Source: Microcystaceae cyanobacterium (GTDB taxonomy: Bacteria; Cyanobacteriota; Cyanobacteriia; Cyanobacteriales; Microcystaceae). From it: a stretch of DNA of 64,000 bases. A program made the position numbers and the translations under genes. This document shows positions 49,756 to 59,837 of this stretch, piece by piece. Under the pieces are notes generated by a model. The model was given only the letters and a program-made list of their open reading frames with translations. It had not been told where the DNA came from and searched no databases. The stretch's first letter is position 1, and each line of letters starts with the position of its first letter. The DNA is taken from contig JBGTGT010000011.1 in assembly GCA_041746575.1 (NCBI GenBank), positions 1 to 64,000 of the forward strand, given 5' to 3'.

Positions 49756-51983
49756 GTTTTAAATAAGCTATCTAATCTTTGATCGCAATAATTGAGAAAC
49801 TTCTCTGCTAACTCAGAAGGAACGGGTTTTGAAAACAAAAAACCTTGGCCGAATTCACACTGCCGTTTTTGTAGCCATTCAAGTTGCTGTGATGTTTCAA
49901 TTCCTTCTGCAACGGTGTATAATCCCAATAAATTACTTAAGGAAATAATGATGTCAACAAGAGTATAATTTTTATCTGCTTGTTCTATTTTATGAATAAA
50001 AGCACGATCAATTTTGAGTCCATTGACGGATAATTGATGAAGATAACTCAGCGATGAATAGCCCTTTCCGAAATCATCTATACTAACTTGAATCCCTCGT
50101 AACTGTATCTGAGCCAGTAATTCACGAGTCGTTTCAACATTCTCAATTAACATACTTTCGGTAATTTCCAAAATTAAGTTTTCTCCTTGGATACCAGTGG
50201 TTTGAATAATCTGTATCAGCTGATTGAGTAACTGAGGATCTTGAAGTTGTTGAGCTGAAAGATTAATACTAAGCTTAAGGTTTTTGGCCGTAGAAATGCC
50301 CTGTTGCCATGTTGCTAATTGTTGACAAGCCTGTTGAAATACCCATCGACCGAGGGGAATAATTAATCCCGTCTCTTCTGCTACTGAAATAAATTGATTC
50401 GGCGTCAGTAAACCTCGTTGGGGATGCTCCCAGCGAATGAGTGCTTCAAATCCTTGTAAAAGAAAGGTTTTAAGAGAAACAATGGGCTGATAGTAAAGAA
50501 CAAATTCTTGATTTTCTAGGGCTTTACGAAGGTCGTTCTCGAGATTGAGGCGTTGAAGGGCTTGTAAGTGCATTGTCGAGTTAAAAATAGCATAACATCC
50601 CCGCCCCTGAGACTTAGCTTGATACATCGCAAGGTCTGCATCTCGGATCAAGTCTTCTGCCTGATGATGGTTGCTAGTCACCCACACAATGCCAATACTG
50701 GTGGTGATAAAGATATCTCTGTCATGAAGTTGGATGGGGGACTGTAGTTCTCTAAGAATTCGCTCTGCAATATACACAACATCCCCAATACTGCTCACTT
50801 CCTCTAGAACAATCACAAATTCATCTCCCCCCAGACGAACCGCTAAATCGATTTCTCGAATACAGGTGTTAAGTTTATGGGCAACAGCCATCAGCAGTTG
50901 ATCGCCGATTAAATGTCCCAAACTATCGTTAATGACCTTAAAGTGATCAAGATCGAGGAAAAGAACCGCTATTTTTAACGCTGGGGAGCGTTTAACCCGT
51001 TTAATTATCTGGTTTAGCCGCTCTATCAGCATATGTCGATTCGGCAACCCCGTTAAGGCATCGTAAAACGCATCATGTCTTAATTGTTGTTCAACCTTAA
51101 TTTGAGCGCTGACGTCTCGTGAGGTCATTTGAAGATGAATGATCTTTCCTTCTGTATCAAAAATCGGTTTGGTTAATGTTTCAAGCCAAATATAGTCACC
51201 CGTTTTTTTTCGCATTCGATAGGTTACAGGAACGGCGTTTTTTGTTAAAGTGAGCCAATTTGAGGCTTGACGAAATTGCGCTTGATCTTCTGGGTGAACC
51301 CAATGATAAGGATCTTGTCCGAGCAATTCTGTGGGACTATAGCCTAAAAGGGATTGACAGGAGGGGGTAACATACAGATATTGTCCGTCTAGCTGATGTA
51401 AACAAACGAGATCGCTCATATTTTCGGTGACGAGTTGCAGCCGTTCTTCATTTTGGCGTAGTGCCATTTCTACTTGTTTAAGGGCGGTAATATCACGTCC
51501 AACGGATTGAATTTCGACCAATTGACCGATTTTGTTGAAAATACCCCGATTTATCCACTGGGTCCATCCGATTTGTCCATCCACACGGCTATCTCGATTT
51601 TCAGCGATAAAGGTCGGACTTTCTGGTGTCAATTCTGATAATCCTTTAAAAACATCCCGTTGTAAATCCTCTGGGTTAGCAAAATCGCTCCATTTTTTGC
51701 CGATAATTTCTGTTAGGGAAAAACCGAGGGCTTGACAGATAGACGGATTCGCAAAAACGATCGTCGTATCGGGTAATGAATGCAGAATAAAATCGCTTTG
51801 GGTTTCGACCACCAGACGATAGCGGCTCTCGCTTTCCTGCAAAGCCTTCTCAGCCATTTGACGTTGAATTTCGCTCTGTTTGCGTCGCTTGATTTCTTGG
51901 CTCAAAACGAAACTCACAACCAGAACACCCACTAGAATAATGGTTGAGATAAATGTTGTCGGATCAATCAGAATAGGACTCAT
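49749..51983 (-). CDS. Membrane-anchored PAS-PAS-GGDEF-EAL c-di-GMP enzyme
   Basis: N-terminal TM helix, two PAS/PAC domains, RLGGDEF, EALIRW, DDFGKGYSSLSYL. Confidence 0.92.
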   Translation of the reverse strand: MSPILIDPTTFISTIILVGVLVVSFVLSQEIKRRKQSEIQRQMAEKALQESESRYRLVVETQSDFILHSLPDTTIVFANPSICQALGFSLTEIIGKKWSDFANPEDLQRDVFKGLSELTPESPTFIAENRDSRVDGQIGWTQWINRGIFNKIGQLVEIQSVGRDITALKQVEMALRQNEERLQLVTENMSDLVCLHQLDGQYLYVTPSCQSLLGYSPTELLGQDPYHWVHPEDQAQFRQASNWLTLTKNAVPVTYRMRKKTGDYIWLETLTKPIFDTEGKIIHLQMTSRDVSAQIKVEQQLRHDAFYDALTGLPNRHMLIERLNQIIKRVKRSPALKIAVLFLDLDHFKVINDSLGHLIGDQLLMAVAHKLNTCIREIDLAVRLGGDEFVIVLEEVSSIGDVVYIAERILRELQSPIQLHDRDIFITTSIGIVWVTSNHHQAEDLIRDADLAMYQAKSQGRGCYAIFNSTMHLQALQRLNLENDLRKALENQEFVLYYQPIVSLKTFLLQGFEALIRWEHPQRGLLTPNQFISVAEETGLIIPLGRWVFQQACQQLATWQQGISTAKNLKLSINLSAQQLQDPQLLNQLIQIIQTTGIQGENLILEITESMLIENVETTRELLAQIQLRGIQVSIDDFGKGYSSLSYLHQLSVNGLKIDRAFIHKIEQADKNYTLVDIIISLSNLLGLYTVAEGIETSQQLEWLQKRQCEFGQGFLFSKPVPSELAEKFLNYCDQRLDSLFKTQ

Positions 51984-52380
51984 TATGTCTCAATTCTATC
52001 TATTCTCAGGGTTTTTCACGGGTAGTGTTCAATAAAACGGCTAAATCCGAAAGCTGGACAGTACTAACGTTCCCTCTCATTCTTTCGCTAATGAGTTGTT
52101 TGATCACTGAGGCGTTGACATTTACGACCGTACTTCTATTTAAACACCCTAGACGGAAAATACCCCCCCGTTAGTCTTTCTAATCTAGCTTAAGACCTAT
52201 GCTACCTATGCTACCAAAAATGAGCAATACCATCAAAAACATCCCTACCAGCGATTTCCTACTTCACTGAACGTTGAGACTTTTCTTGATTTTAATCCAT
52301 TCTTCGACCACGAAATATTTGAAAAAACTGAAAAAATAAGCAATGACGAACGATAAATATAAAGATGAATTTGTAGAAGT

Positions 52381-52795
52381 CTATTCTTGGAAAATCAACG
52401 CTATCGCTTGCCCAATAATTACCGTTTGGTTAACTATTTCTTCTGCTTCATATTTTCCTTTAAATGCCTCCTTTGCCGCACCTTTCAACCCTAACTCATA
52501 GGCATCTTCTAACGTCTCTCGTCACTCTATTATTGTTAGATAAGTTCCCCCCGTTTTACGCCGTCGATTGGTGCGTTGAATCTCTTTTACGGCATGGCAA
52601 TAGATAAATCCCCTGATCTCGTTGCTCGCTTTTCTACTGCTTGCTTGATTAGATGTAAAAGCAGAATCTTACAAAGCTAAAAATTTTATTGAGCTGATCA
52701 TCTTTGTTTATTTCGGTCATTTCCTCGACCAGCAATAACGCATCTGCCAGATTTCCTGCTAATAACAAATCCTTTAGCTCGAATAACGCTTCTAT
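52381..52795 (-). pseudogene. DUF29-family pseudogene
   Basis: Hand translation across frameshifts and a stop: IEALFELKDLLLAGNLADALLLVEEMTEINKDDQLNKIFSF/ILLLHLIKQAVEKRATRS.../VKEIQRTNRRRKTGGTYL...*RETLEDAY...; the start codon is ATA instead of ATG. Confidence 0.75.
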
Positions 52796-52989
52796 TTTGG
52801 CACCTTCTTCCAACTTAATTAATCTATCAGCTTGTTAAACGGGTTTGATGATATAAAAGTCATTTTATTTCTTGCCCAAAACATTTTTGGAGGTTGCATT
52901 ATTGCCAGATGAAAGTATCATGATGACCTCAAGCGTTAATCACGCAAAAGTCAAACCTTATCATCCTTTGATTCTGCAACGCCCATTTA

Positions 52990-54381
52990 TTACTGACGTG
53001 CTACGCCATCTTGACGGGCGGCGTGTTGAACGGCTGCTGAAACGGCTGTGACGACGCGTACATCAAAGACAGAAGGAATGATATTCTCTCGGCTAAGGGT
53101 AGTCGCCGTGACTAAGGAGGCGATCGCTTTGGCCGCTTCTAGATACATATTATCAGTAATGGCCGTAGAACGACAATCTAACGCCCCGCGAAAAATCCCT
53201 GGGAAGGCTAAAACATTGTTAATTTGGTTGGCATAATCGCTTCTTCCTGTTGCCATCACTGCCACATCCTCAGTGACTAACTCAGGCTGAATTTCGGGAA
53301 TGGGGTTGGCCATTGCAAAGACAACAGGATCTTTAGCCATGGATCGTACCATTTCAGGGGTCACCACGCCCGGTACACTTACCCCTAAGAAGACATCTGC
53401 CCCTTCTAAGGCATCAGCGAGATTTCCCGTGGCAGAAACAGCAAATTGTCGCTTTTGTAAATTTAGATCGGTTCTGTCTTGAGAAACAATGCCTTTAGAG
53501 TCACATAACCAGATGGTGGTAGCTCCTGCTTTCTGTAAGAGTTGAGCAATGGCGATCCCCGCCGCTCCTGCCCCATTAATTACTATTCTCACGGCTTCTA
53601 TCGGTTTTTGAACCAATTTGAGAGCATTAATTAAAGCCGCTAAACTGACGATCGCTGTGCCATGTTGATCATCGTGGAAAATTGGGATATCGAGTTCTTT
53701 TCGCAGTCTTTGTTCGATTTCAAAGCAACGAGGGGCAGAAATATCCTCTAGATTTACGCCACCAAACACAGGCGCAATATATTTCACCGTAGCGATAATG
53801 GCCTCTGTGTCTTGGGTATCTAAGCAAATGGGAAAAGCATCGATTCCGGCAAATTCCTTAAATAACATAGCTTTTCCTTCCATTACCGGCAATGCAGCCT
53901 CTGGACCTAAATTTCCTAAGCCTAAGACGGCACTGCCATCGGTAACGACAGCAACGGTATTACTTTTAATGGTAAGGGAAAAAACTTGCTGGGGATCTTG
54001 GGCGATCGCTTTACAAATTCGGCCAACGCCGGGGGTATAAGCCATCGCTAAATCCGATTGAGAAGCCAAAGAAAGGCGGCTTTCGACGGATATTTTGCCT
54101 TGACGGTGCAAATCAAAGGTACGATCTGAAACTTTGAGGACTTTAAGCTCTGGTATCGCTTTTATCTTAGCAACAATCTCTTCGGCATGGTATTCACTCG
54201 ACGCATCTACAGTAATTTCCCGACGGGTAATTTTGAGGGTACGATCAATCAAGGAAATTTGACCTAAACTTCCCCCCACTTCAGCGATCGCTTGTGTCAC
54301 TTTAGAGAGCGTTCCGGCTTTGTTGGGCAATTCGAGCTGAATCGTTAAGCTATAACTGGGATTGGGGGTCAGTTTGTCCAT
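52990..54381 (-). CDS. Malic enzyme with N-terminal ACT domain
   Basis: AYTPGV, DGSAVLGLG, PVMEGK, NLEDI, FHDDQHGTA, GAGAAG, QINNVLAFPG. Confidence 0.93.
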   Translation of the reverse strand: MDKLTPNPSYSLTIQLELPNKAGTLSKVTQAIAEVGGSLGQISLIDRTLKITRREITVDASSEYHAEEIVAKIKAIPELKVLKVSDRTFDLHRQGKISVESRLSLASQSDLAMAYTPGVGRICKAIAQDPQQVFSLTIKSNTVAVVTDGSAVLGLGNLGPEAALPVMEGKAMLFKEFAGIDAFPICLDTQDTEAIIATVKYIAPVFGGVNLEDISAPRCFEIEQRLRKELDIPIFHDDQHGTAIVSLAALINALKLVQKPIEAVRIVINGAGAAGIAIAQLLQKAGATTIWLCDSKGIVSQDRTDLNLQKRQFAVSATGNLADALEGADVFLGVSVPGVVTPEMVRSMAKDPVVFAMANPIPEIQPELVTEDVAVMATGRSDYANQINNVLAFPGIFRGALDCRSTAITDNMYLEAAKAIASLVTATTLSRENIIPSVFDVRVVTAVSAAVQHAARQDGVARQ

Positions 54382-54592
54382 CTAATTTTTTGTCCTGCAA
54401 ATCAACATGGTATTAATGATTATCGGTCATTTTGATCTCAATTTGTATTAATTCATACAAAGCAGTTAAATTATTAAAATCTTTAATAAGTAAGCTTGGC
54501 AATGCGTGAATTTCTGAACGAGAAGAGGCAGGATGAAATGATAAATCAGTCGCTTTAGAAGAAATAGCTTATCGTCTTAATTGAAGTATTTT

Positions 54593-55030
54593 TTATTCTT
54601 GAGAAAGATTGACCACGGTTTGCAACATATAAATAATAATGGCTATTTTGTAAGTTAAAAATCCTAAGAAAACGGGAATAATATGGAGTTCTTTAACTTG
54701 GGTTGCGATGATGATTAATACCACAAATAAGCCAATGCCTTTGCTTCCCATTCTTTGTTTTTGACTACTGAGTTTTTCGACATCTGTAGCGAGGGATTTC
54801 AGATAAATAATGCCCACACTTGCCCCTAATAAATAGTTAAGAGCAATATTAAGAGAATAAGCAAAGCAAACTGAAACAAAAATTACTCCCATCAAGACCA
54901 GACTGAGAAGAAATAAGGTTTTTTGCAGTTGATAATAGTCTTGCATTGAATTTTTTTGGGGGACATCAGACGCATTAGCTACAGGCTTTTTTTCTGGCAT
55001 TGAATTAGGAGAAGTGTTAGATGAAGTCAC
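54593..55030 (-). CDS. atp1: ATP synthase protein I (Atp1/UncI-like), outside an atp operon
   Basis: [30 protein letters not shown] motifs of cyanobacterial Atp1. Confidence 0.8.
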   Translation of the reverse strand: MTSSNTSPNSMPEKKPVANASDVPQKNSMQDYYQLQKTLFLLSLVLMGVIFVSVCFAYSLNIALNYLLGASVGIIYLKSLATDVEKLSSQKQRMGSKGIGLFVVLIIIATQVKELHIIPVFLGFLTYKIAIIIYMLQTVVNLSQE

Positions 55031-55190
55031 GTTACAATGAAGATAAAATGGCTAATTTAGATCAAAATTCAGTTACTATTTTATACTAATTTTTGAAAAA
55101 ATAGGGATCAAATTTAGATCCGACCTGAAGATGTTTTAGACAACGTCTCTGGAGCATTGGTAGCAACGTTAAATTTATGACGCACAATGG

Positions 55191-57110
55191 TTATTTAAGA
55201 CGTTTGTGATATCTGCCTAACGCAATTAAGGGAAAATAATGACAATACAGATGATAACGAATGTAGAAATGATTGGGGAATCCTGTACCTGTGAATTCAG
55301 CTTCTTCCCACGTTCCTAATCCATTTTGATTGGAAATTAAATAATTAACGCCTTTTTCAATAGATTCCGCCTCATAGTTATCTAATGCTTCTCCTGCATC
55401 CAGTAATCCAATTAATGCCCAAGCTGTTTGGGAAGCCGTGCTGTTGCCTTTCCCTTTTAAAGTGGCATCTTGATAACTCCAACAGGTTTCTCCCCATCCC
55501 CCATCGGGATTCTGCACGCTTAAAAGCCAATCAACCCCTTTTTCGAGTTTATGACCATGTTTTTCAGGACAAACAACCGCTAAAGCCGATAAAACACCAC
55601 TTGTACCATAAACGTAATTTACTCCCCAACGACCAAACCAACTGCCATCGCTTTCTTGTTCGTCATAAAGATAATCTAAGGCTTGTTTTATGCGATTTTT
55701 GTCCATTTTTAAGTCACCCGATCCCACCATTTCTAAGACTCGCGCGGTAACATCAGCCGTATTAGGATCAACCATCGCTTTTAAATCGCCGTAAGGAACA
55801 GAATTTAACCAATTTTGGTCATTATCTAGATCAAAAGCCGCCCATCCTCCTGCTTTACATTGCATCGTCTCGATCCATTTCACACAACGATCAATCGCCG
55901 CCGCTTTTAAGCCTTCGTGGGGCAGTTGAATCCCTTGTAATGCCATGACAACGACAGCAGAATCATCTAAATCGGGATAAAAACGATTGAAAAACTCAAA
56001 TGCCCAACCGCCAGGCTTTCCCGTCTTATTCTTAACCGCCCAGTCGCCATAATCCAAGATTTGCTGGCGCAGTAACCATTCTCCTCCTTTAACTAAAGAG
56101 GGGTGATCTGGATTTAACCCAGCATCATTTAAGGCTCGAATTGCCCACGCTGTATCCCACACTGGAGATACACAAGCTTGAAGTCTATAGGTATTACCTT
56201 CTTCGATAGCGAAGCGATCAATTGCTTCAAATGCCCGAACGACGCAGGGATCATGGACATCGTAGCCTAAAACCTTAAAAGCCAGTAAAGAATTGACCAT
56301 TGGGGGCATAATCCCACCCCAGTCACCTGTTTCTTGTTGATGGTTCAGCATCCAGCGTTCTGCGGCTTTTAACCCTTGCTGATGTAGGGGAACAAGGTTA
56401 TTTTTTTCGCAAAATTTGAAGAATTTATCTAAAATTAAAAATAGATCAGACCAGTTATTATTCTTCGGTAGTTGATATTTTACATTGTTTTTGCCCTCTG
56501 TGTAGAGTTCGTCTAGATTTATCGCTATTTTAAGCTGGAAAATGGGCTTTTTATCAAAAACAATGATTAAAGGAACGGTACTTTCCCGCGCCCAACTCGC
56601 CATCTCGTAGATGGTAAAGGGGAAAAAATTGGGAAACAACATAATCCATGAAGGAATCGATGGTAATCCTGCCCAATCGTAACAACCGATTAAAGCAAGG
56701 TGAAATTTGGTAAAAATACGAGTTTTGCTGATACCTCCTTTACCTAAAATAAATTCTTTGGCTTTCACTAATGCTGAGTCAGTTGCAGAGACTCCCAATA
56801 AGCGCAGTGCCATATACGCTTCAACAGAGGTACTCACTTCGCCGCCATCTCCATAAAAGAGTTCCCAACCCCCATGATCTCGTTGTTGCGATCGCAGATA
56901 GTCTTCTGCTTTAGACAAAGGGCGAGTCTGCTCAGTTTCCCAAATTTGATGAACTAAGACGGTTTCAGCTGTTAACGTGACGTTAGACTCTAATTCTGCC
57001 CACCAGTATCCCTCTGAATATTGCAGAGAGAGTAAATAATCTTGAGCCTTTTGAATTTGCGCTTTGAGTTGGTCTAAATTGACAGGGATTCCACGTTCTT
57101 GGGTTCGCAT
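55191..57110 (-). CDS. shc: Squalene-hopene cyclase
   Basis: GYWWAELESN, QW repeats, YPDLDDSAVV (DXDD), TGTGFP. Confidence 0.95.
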   Translation of the reverse strand: MRTQERGIPVNLDQLKAQIQKAQDYLLSLQYSEGYWWAELESNVTLTAETVLVHQIWETEQTRPLSKAEDYLRSQQRDHGGWELFYGDGGEVSTSVEAYMALRLLGVSATDSALVKAKEFILGKGGISKTRIFTKFHLALIGCYDWAGLPSIPSWIMLFPNFFPFTIYEMASWARESTVPLIIVFDKKPIFQLKIAINLDELYTEGKNNVKYQLPKNNNWSDLFLILDKFFKFCEKNNLVPLHQQGLKAAERWMLNHQQETGDWGGIMPPMVNSLLAFKVLGYDVHDPCVVRAFEAIDRFAIEEGNTYRLQACVSPVWDTAWAIRALNDAGLNPDHPSLVKGGEWLLRQQILDYGDWAVKNKTGKPGGWAFEFFNRFYPDLDDSAVVVMALQGIQLPHEGLKAAAIDRCVKWIETMQCKAGGWAAFDLDNDQNWLNSVPYGDLKAMVDPNTADVTARVLEMVGSGDLKMDKNRIKQALDYLYDEQESDGSWFGRWGVNYVYGTSGVLSALAVVCPEKHGHKLEKGVDWLLSVQNPDGGWGETCWSYQDATLKGKGNSTASQTAWALIGLLDAGEALDNYEAESIEKGVNYLISNQNGLGTWEEAEFTGTGFPNHFYIRYHLYCHYFPLIALGRYHKRLK

Positions 57111-57176
57111 CGGTTTCCGTTCACGCTAGGATTAATCTTTACTTATTTAAGCAAAAATTGAGTCATTTGGCTTGAA

Positions 57177-58604
57177 TTAAGAATTCGCTCCCAATTGTTG
57201 ATAATGAGATAAAGCATCTAAGAAAAAATAGTCTCCCCAAATTAAGCCATTATCATAATTTTGACTGGGTGAAATAGCGTGATAATGATGATAACAACCG
57301 TGCAGTAAAAGACTCATTCCTTGATCAGGTTTTGCTAAATATTGAGAGGACATTAATTGAGCCAATATTTGTTGACTCATATCAAGATAGTTTTGACGCT
57401 CAGAATGATTTTGGGGCAAACTCTCAACTAAATTTAAGAGTCCTGAAACAGCAATAGCGGCTGCAGACGTATCTTTTTCAGTATCAGGATTTACCTGTAT
57501 AGCATAATCGAAATCCCAAGGGGGAATTAAATCGCCTTGCCGACGTAATTTTTTGGGGAAATGAGTAGGAAGATGCTTAAAATAATAATCAATGGCTTGT
57601 TGGGCAATGGTTAAAATTTCAGGATCTTGGGTATATTTAAAGGTAACACTGGTGGCATAAATCCACCATGCTTGACCCCTCGACCATGTACTATCATCTC
57701 GCCAGCCTTGTTTGCCTTCATTAAATAAAAATTGACCATATTTTTTAGCCTTAGGATCAATCTCAAAATAGCCCCTTTGCCAAGTCCCATTTTGACCTAG
57801 ATTACGGTCTCTTGACATGGATTTAGCTAAGATTTTAATATGAGAAAGGGCAATGTTTTGCCATTTGTGAGCGATATCTTGCTCAGGACAATGCTCTGCC
57901 GCCCAGAGTAATTGTTCCACATTAATGGTGTGATCTATAAAGGCGTGCCAATATTCTTGATGATCGGTACGATCTGCCTGACGAAAATAACCAAAAACAC
58001 CCATATCTTCGGCAAAATTTCCGCTTTTATCAGACAAATTTAAGGGATTTGCTAACGCTTTAGTTCCTTGAAGAATAAGGTCTAAAACTTGATTTTGTTC
58101 TTGACCTGAACTACTTTCATACCAGGGTCGAAAAACGAATAAATTATTGAGAGTTATATCTTGAACGGACTTTTTTATTTTTCGAGATAATGGGTTACTC
58201 CAGAAAATAGCTTGTTCACGCCAATACGTTTTTAATTGAGGATTGGACTCTCGTGCGTAAAGTTGCCAAATAATACCGGGAAACGCTCCTGCAGACCAAA
58301 AATTGATATCAGCCCAATAATAAGTACCATCCGTTTTTCTCTGCTTTTTCTTGCTTTTTAAATCTCGATTTTCTGTGTAACTAGGATAAAGAATATTCGA
58401 GCGGCTATTTTGTTTTAAATAAGTAATAATTTTAGAATATTTATATCTTGCTAAATCAAAACTATAGTTGACTTTTTCCGTGAAATCGGCTTTTTCTTTT
58501 AAATTCGGTTTAAGAACAGAAGGAGAAGGTTTACCCTGCCAAAAGATGAGCAAAACTATTGTCAATAATAATAAAACAAAATAAATCCGTTGTCTTCTAT
58601 TCAT
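57177..58604 (-). CDS. Glycoside hydrolase family 88-like protein with N-terminal membrane anchor
   Basis: WSAGAFPG..W, STWSRGQAW, PWDF, DTSAAAI, WGDYFFL. Confidence 0.78.
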   Translation of the reverse strand: MNRRQRIYFVLLLLTIVLLIFWQGKPSPSVLKPNLKEKADFTEKVNYSFDLARYKYSKIITYLKQNSRSNILYPSYTENRDLKSKKKQRKTDGTYYWADINFWSAGAFPGIIWQLYARESNPQLKTYWREQAIFWSNPLSRKIKKSVQDITLNNLFVFRPWYESSSGQEQNQVLDLILQGTKALANPLNLSDKSGNFAEDMGVFGYFRQADRTDHQEYWHAFIDHTINVEQLLWAAEHCPEQDIAHKWQNIALSHIKILAKSMSRDRNLGQNGTWQRGYFEIDPKAKKYGQFLFNEGKQGWRDDSTWSRGQAWWIYATSVTFKYTQDPEILTIAQQAIDYYFKHLPTHFPKKLRRQGDLIPPWDFDYAIQVNPDTEKDTSAAAIAVSGLLNLVESLPQNHSERQNYLDMSQQILAQLMSSQYLAKPDQGMSLLLHGCYHHYHAISPSQNYDNGLIWGDYFFLDALSHYQQLGANS

Positions 58605-58701
58605 AACAATTAGTCCCGATAAGCTCTTGTTTATTTAAATAACCAATTCAGCAGTTTCTCTTGCTTTTTTTAATTTTTTAATAACGCCTAAATAGCGCAC
58701 T

Positions 58702-59229
58702 TTAACGAATGGTTAAACTATATTCATCGGATTCATCAAAATAAGCCCAATCTATATTAGTATTGACTTTAATTGCTTTTTTAATTTCGGCAAGTTTGGG
58801 GGTTACTTCAACTTTTTTATATTCATCGGGCAAGTCACGAGGATCAATATTTAAACACAATTTGGGAGGTTTTTTGCGTAGGCTTAATTTACCATCGATC
58901 CCTTCTATCTTCGTTTTACCTGTTAATTTCATCTGTCGAATAAGATAGCCCTTTAAACGGTCAGCTTGGCTTTGCGCTTCGTTGGCAAGGTCTCTTAATC
59001 TTTGTGACTCTTTTTTACGAGCATCCGCGATTGATTCTTGATGTCTAATATAAGCCGCTACCCTTAAGGCTTTTTCTGCGAAATCTTCGGATGTTTGAAG
59101 CCAATCCTCGAATACTTGGTTAACTTTCGCTTCTTTCTCATCTTTACTTAAGTTCTCCTCTTCTTCGATCAATGTAATCAGGTTTTCTAGCTTCAAAAGG
59201 TCGTCAGATAATTCCCAAAGTGTGGCCAT
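58702..59229 (-). CDS. Siphovirus Gp157-like protein
   Basis: LWELS N-terminus, coiled coil, RLKGYL...KTKI...KLSLRKKPP...LPDEY...SLTIR. Confidence 0.75.
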   Translation of the reverse strand: MATLWELSDDLLKLENLITLIEEEENLSKDEKEAKVNQVFEDWLQTSEDFAEKALRVAAYIRHQESIADARKKESQRLRDLANEAQSQADRLKGYLIRQMKLTGKTKIEGIDGKLSLRKKPPKLCLNIDPRDLPDEYKKVEVTPKLAEIKKAIKVNTNIDWAYFDESDEYSLTIR

Positions 59230-59270
59230 TGTTGATTGTCTGGGTTGAAATTTCTACTATTCTATCAGTC

Positions 59271-59286
59271 ATAGCGTAAAATCTAT
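59271..59286 (+). promoter_or_regulatory. NdhR/CcmR-type LysR operator
   Basis: ATAG-CGTAAAAT-CTAT (ATAG-N8-CTAT) followed by CAAT, upstream of the mrp operon. Confidence 0.6.
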
Positions 59287-59501
59287 CAATTCTCATGGGT
59301 TTAATTAATGCTAACGATTAATGAAAGTCAATCTTTTTTATAAATATTTATAAATCTTGATCATTGCAAAAACATCATTCAATTTTATTCTTTTTTCCCG
59401 CTTCAACAAGCAATAAATAGATTAAGATTATAGAAATTAAAATAGACCGAGGCCTGATAAAAATAATATTTTGACTGTCCTTTACCTTGTAGGCAATATT
59501 C

Positions 59502-59837
59502 GTGTTAGAAATCTGTGTAATTGCGACGATTCTATGTGGTTTTTTCGGGATTCTCTGGAAGAAAAACCTCGTGATGAAGATCATCTCAATGGATGTGATG
59601 AGTACGGGGGTAGTTGCCTATTATGTGTTGATTGCCTCGCGGGGAGGCGTGTTTACTCCCATTTTTTTGGATGATCCCCCTAAAATTTACGCTGATCCTA
59701 TTCCCCAAGCTGTCATTTTGACGGCGATCGTAATTGGTTTTTCTATTCAAGCTTTGATGCTAGTGGGAGTAATGAAACTCTCTCGACATCATCCTACTTT
59801 GGACAGTAATGAAATTGAGAAGCGTAACACCCCATGA
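59502..59837 (+). CDS. mrpC: Mrp Na+/H+ antiporter subunit C
   Basis: ADPIPQAVILTAIVIG motif. Confidence 0.9.
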   Translation: MLEICVIATILCGFFGILWKKNLVMKIISMDVMSTGVVAYYVLIASRGGVFTPIFLDDPPKIYADPIPQAVILTAIVIGFSIQALMLVGVMKLSRHHPTLDSNEIEKRNTP

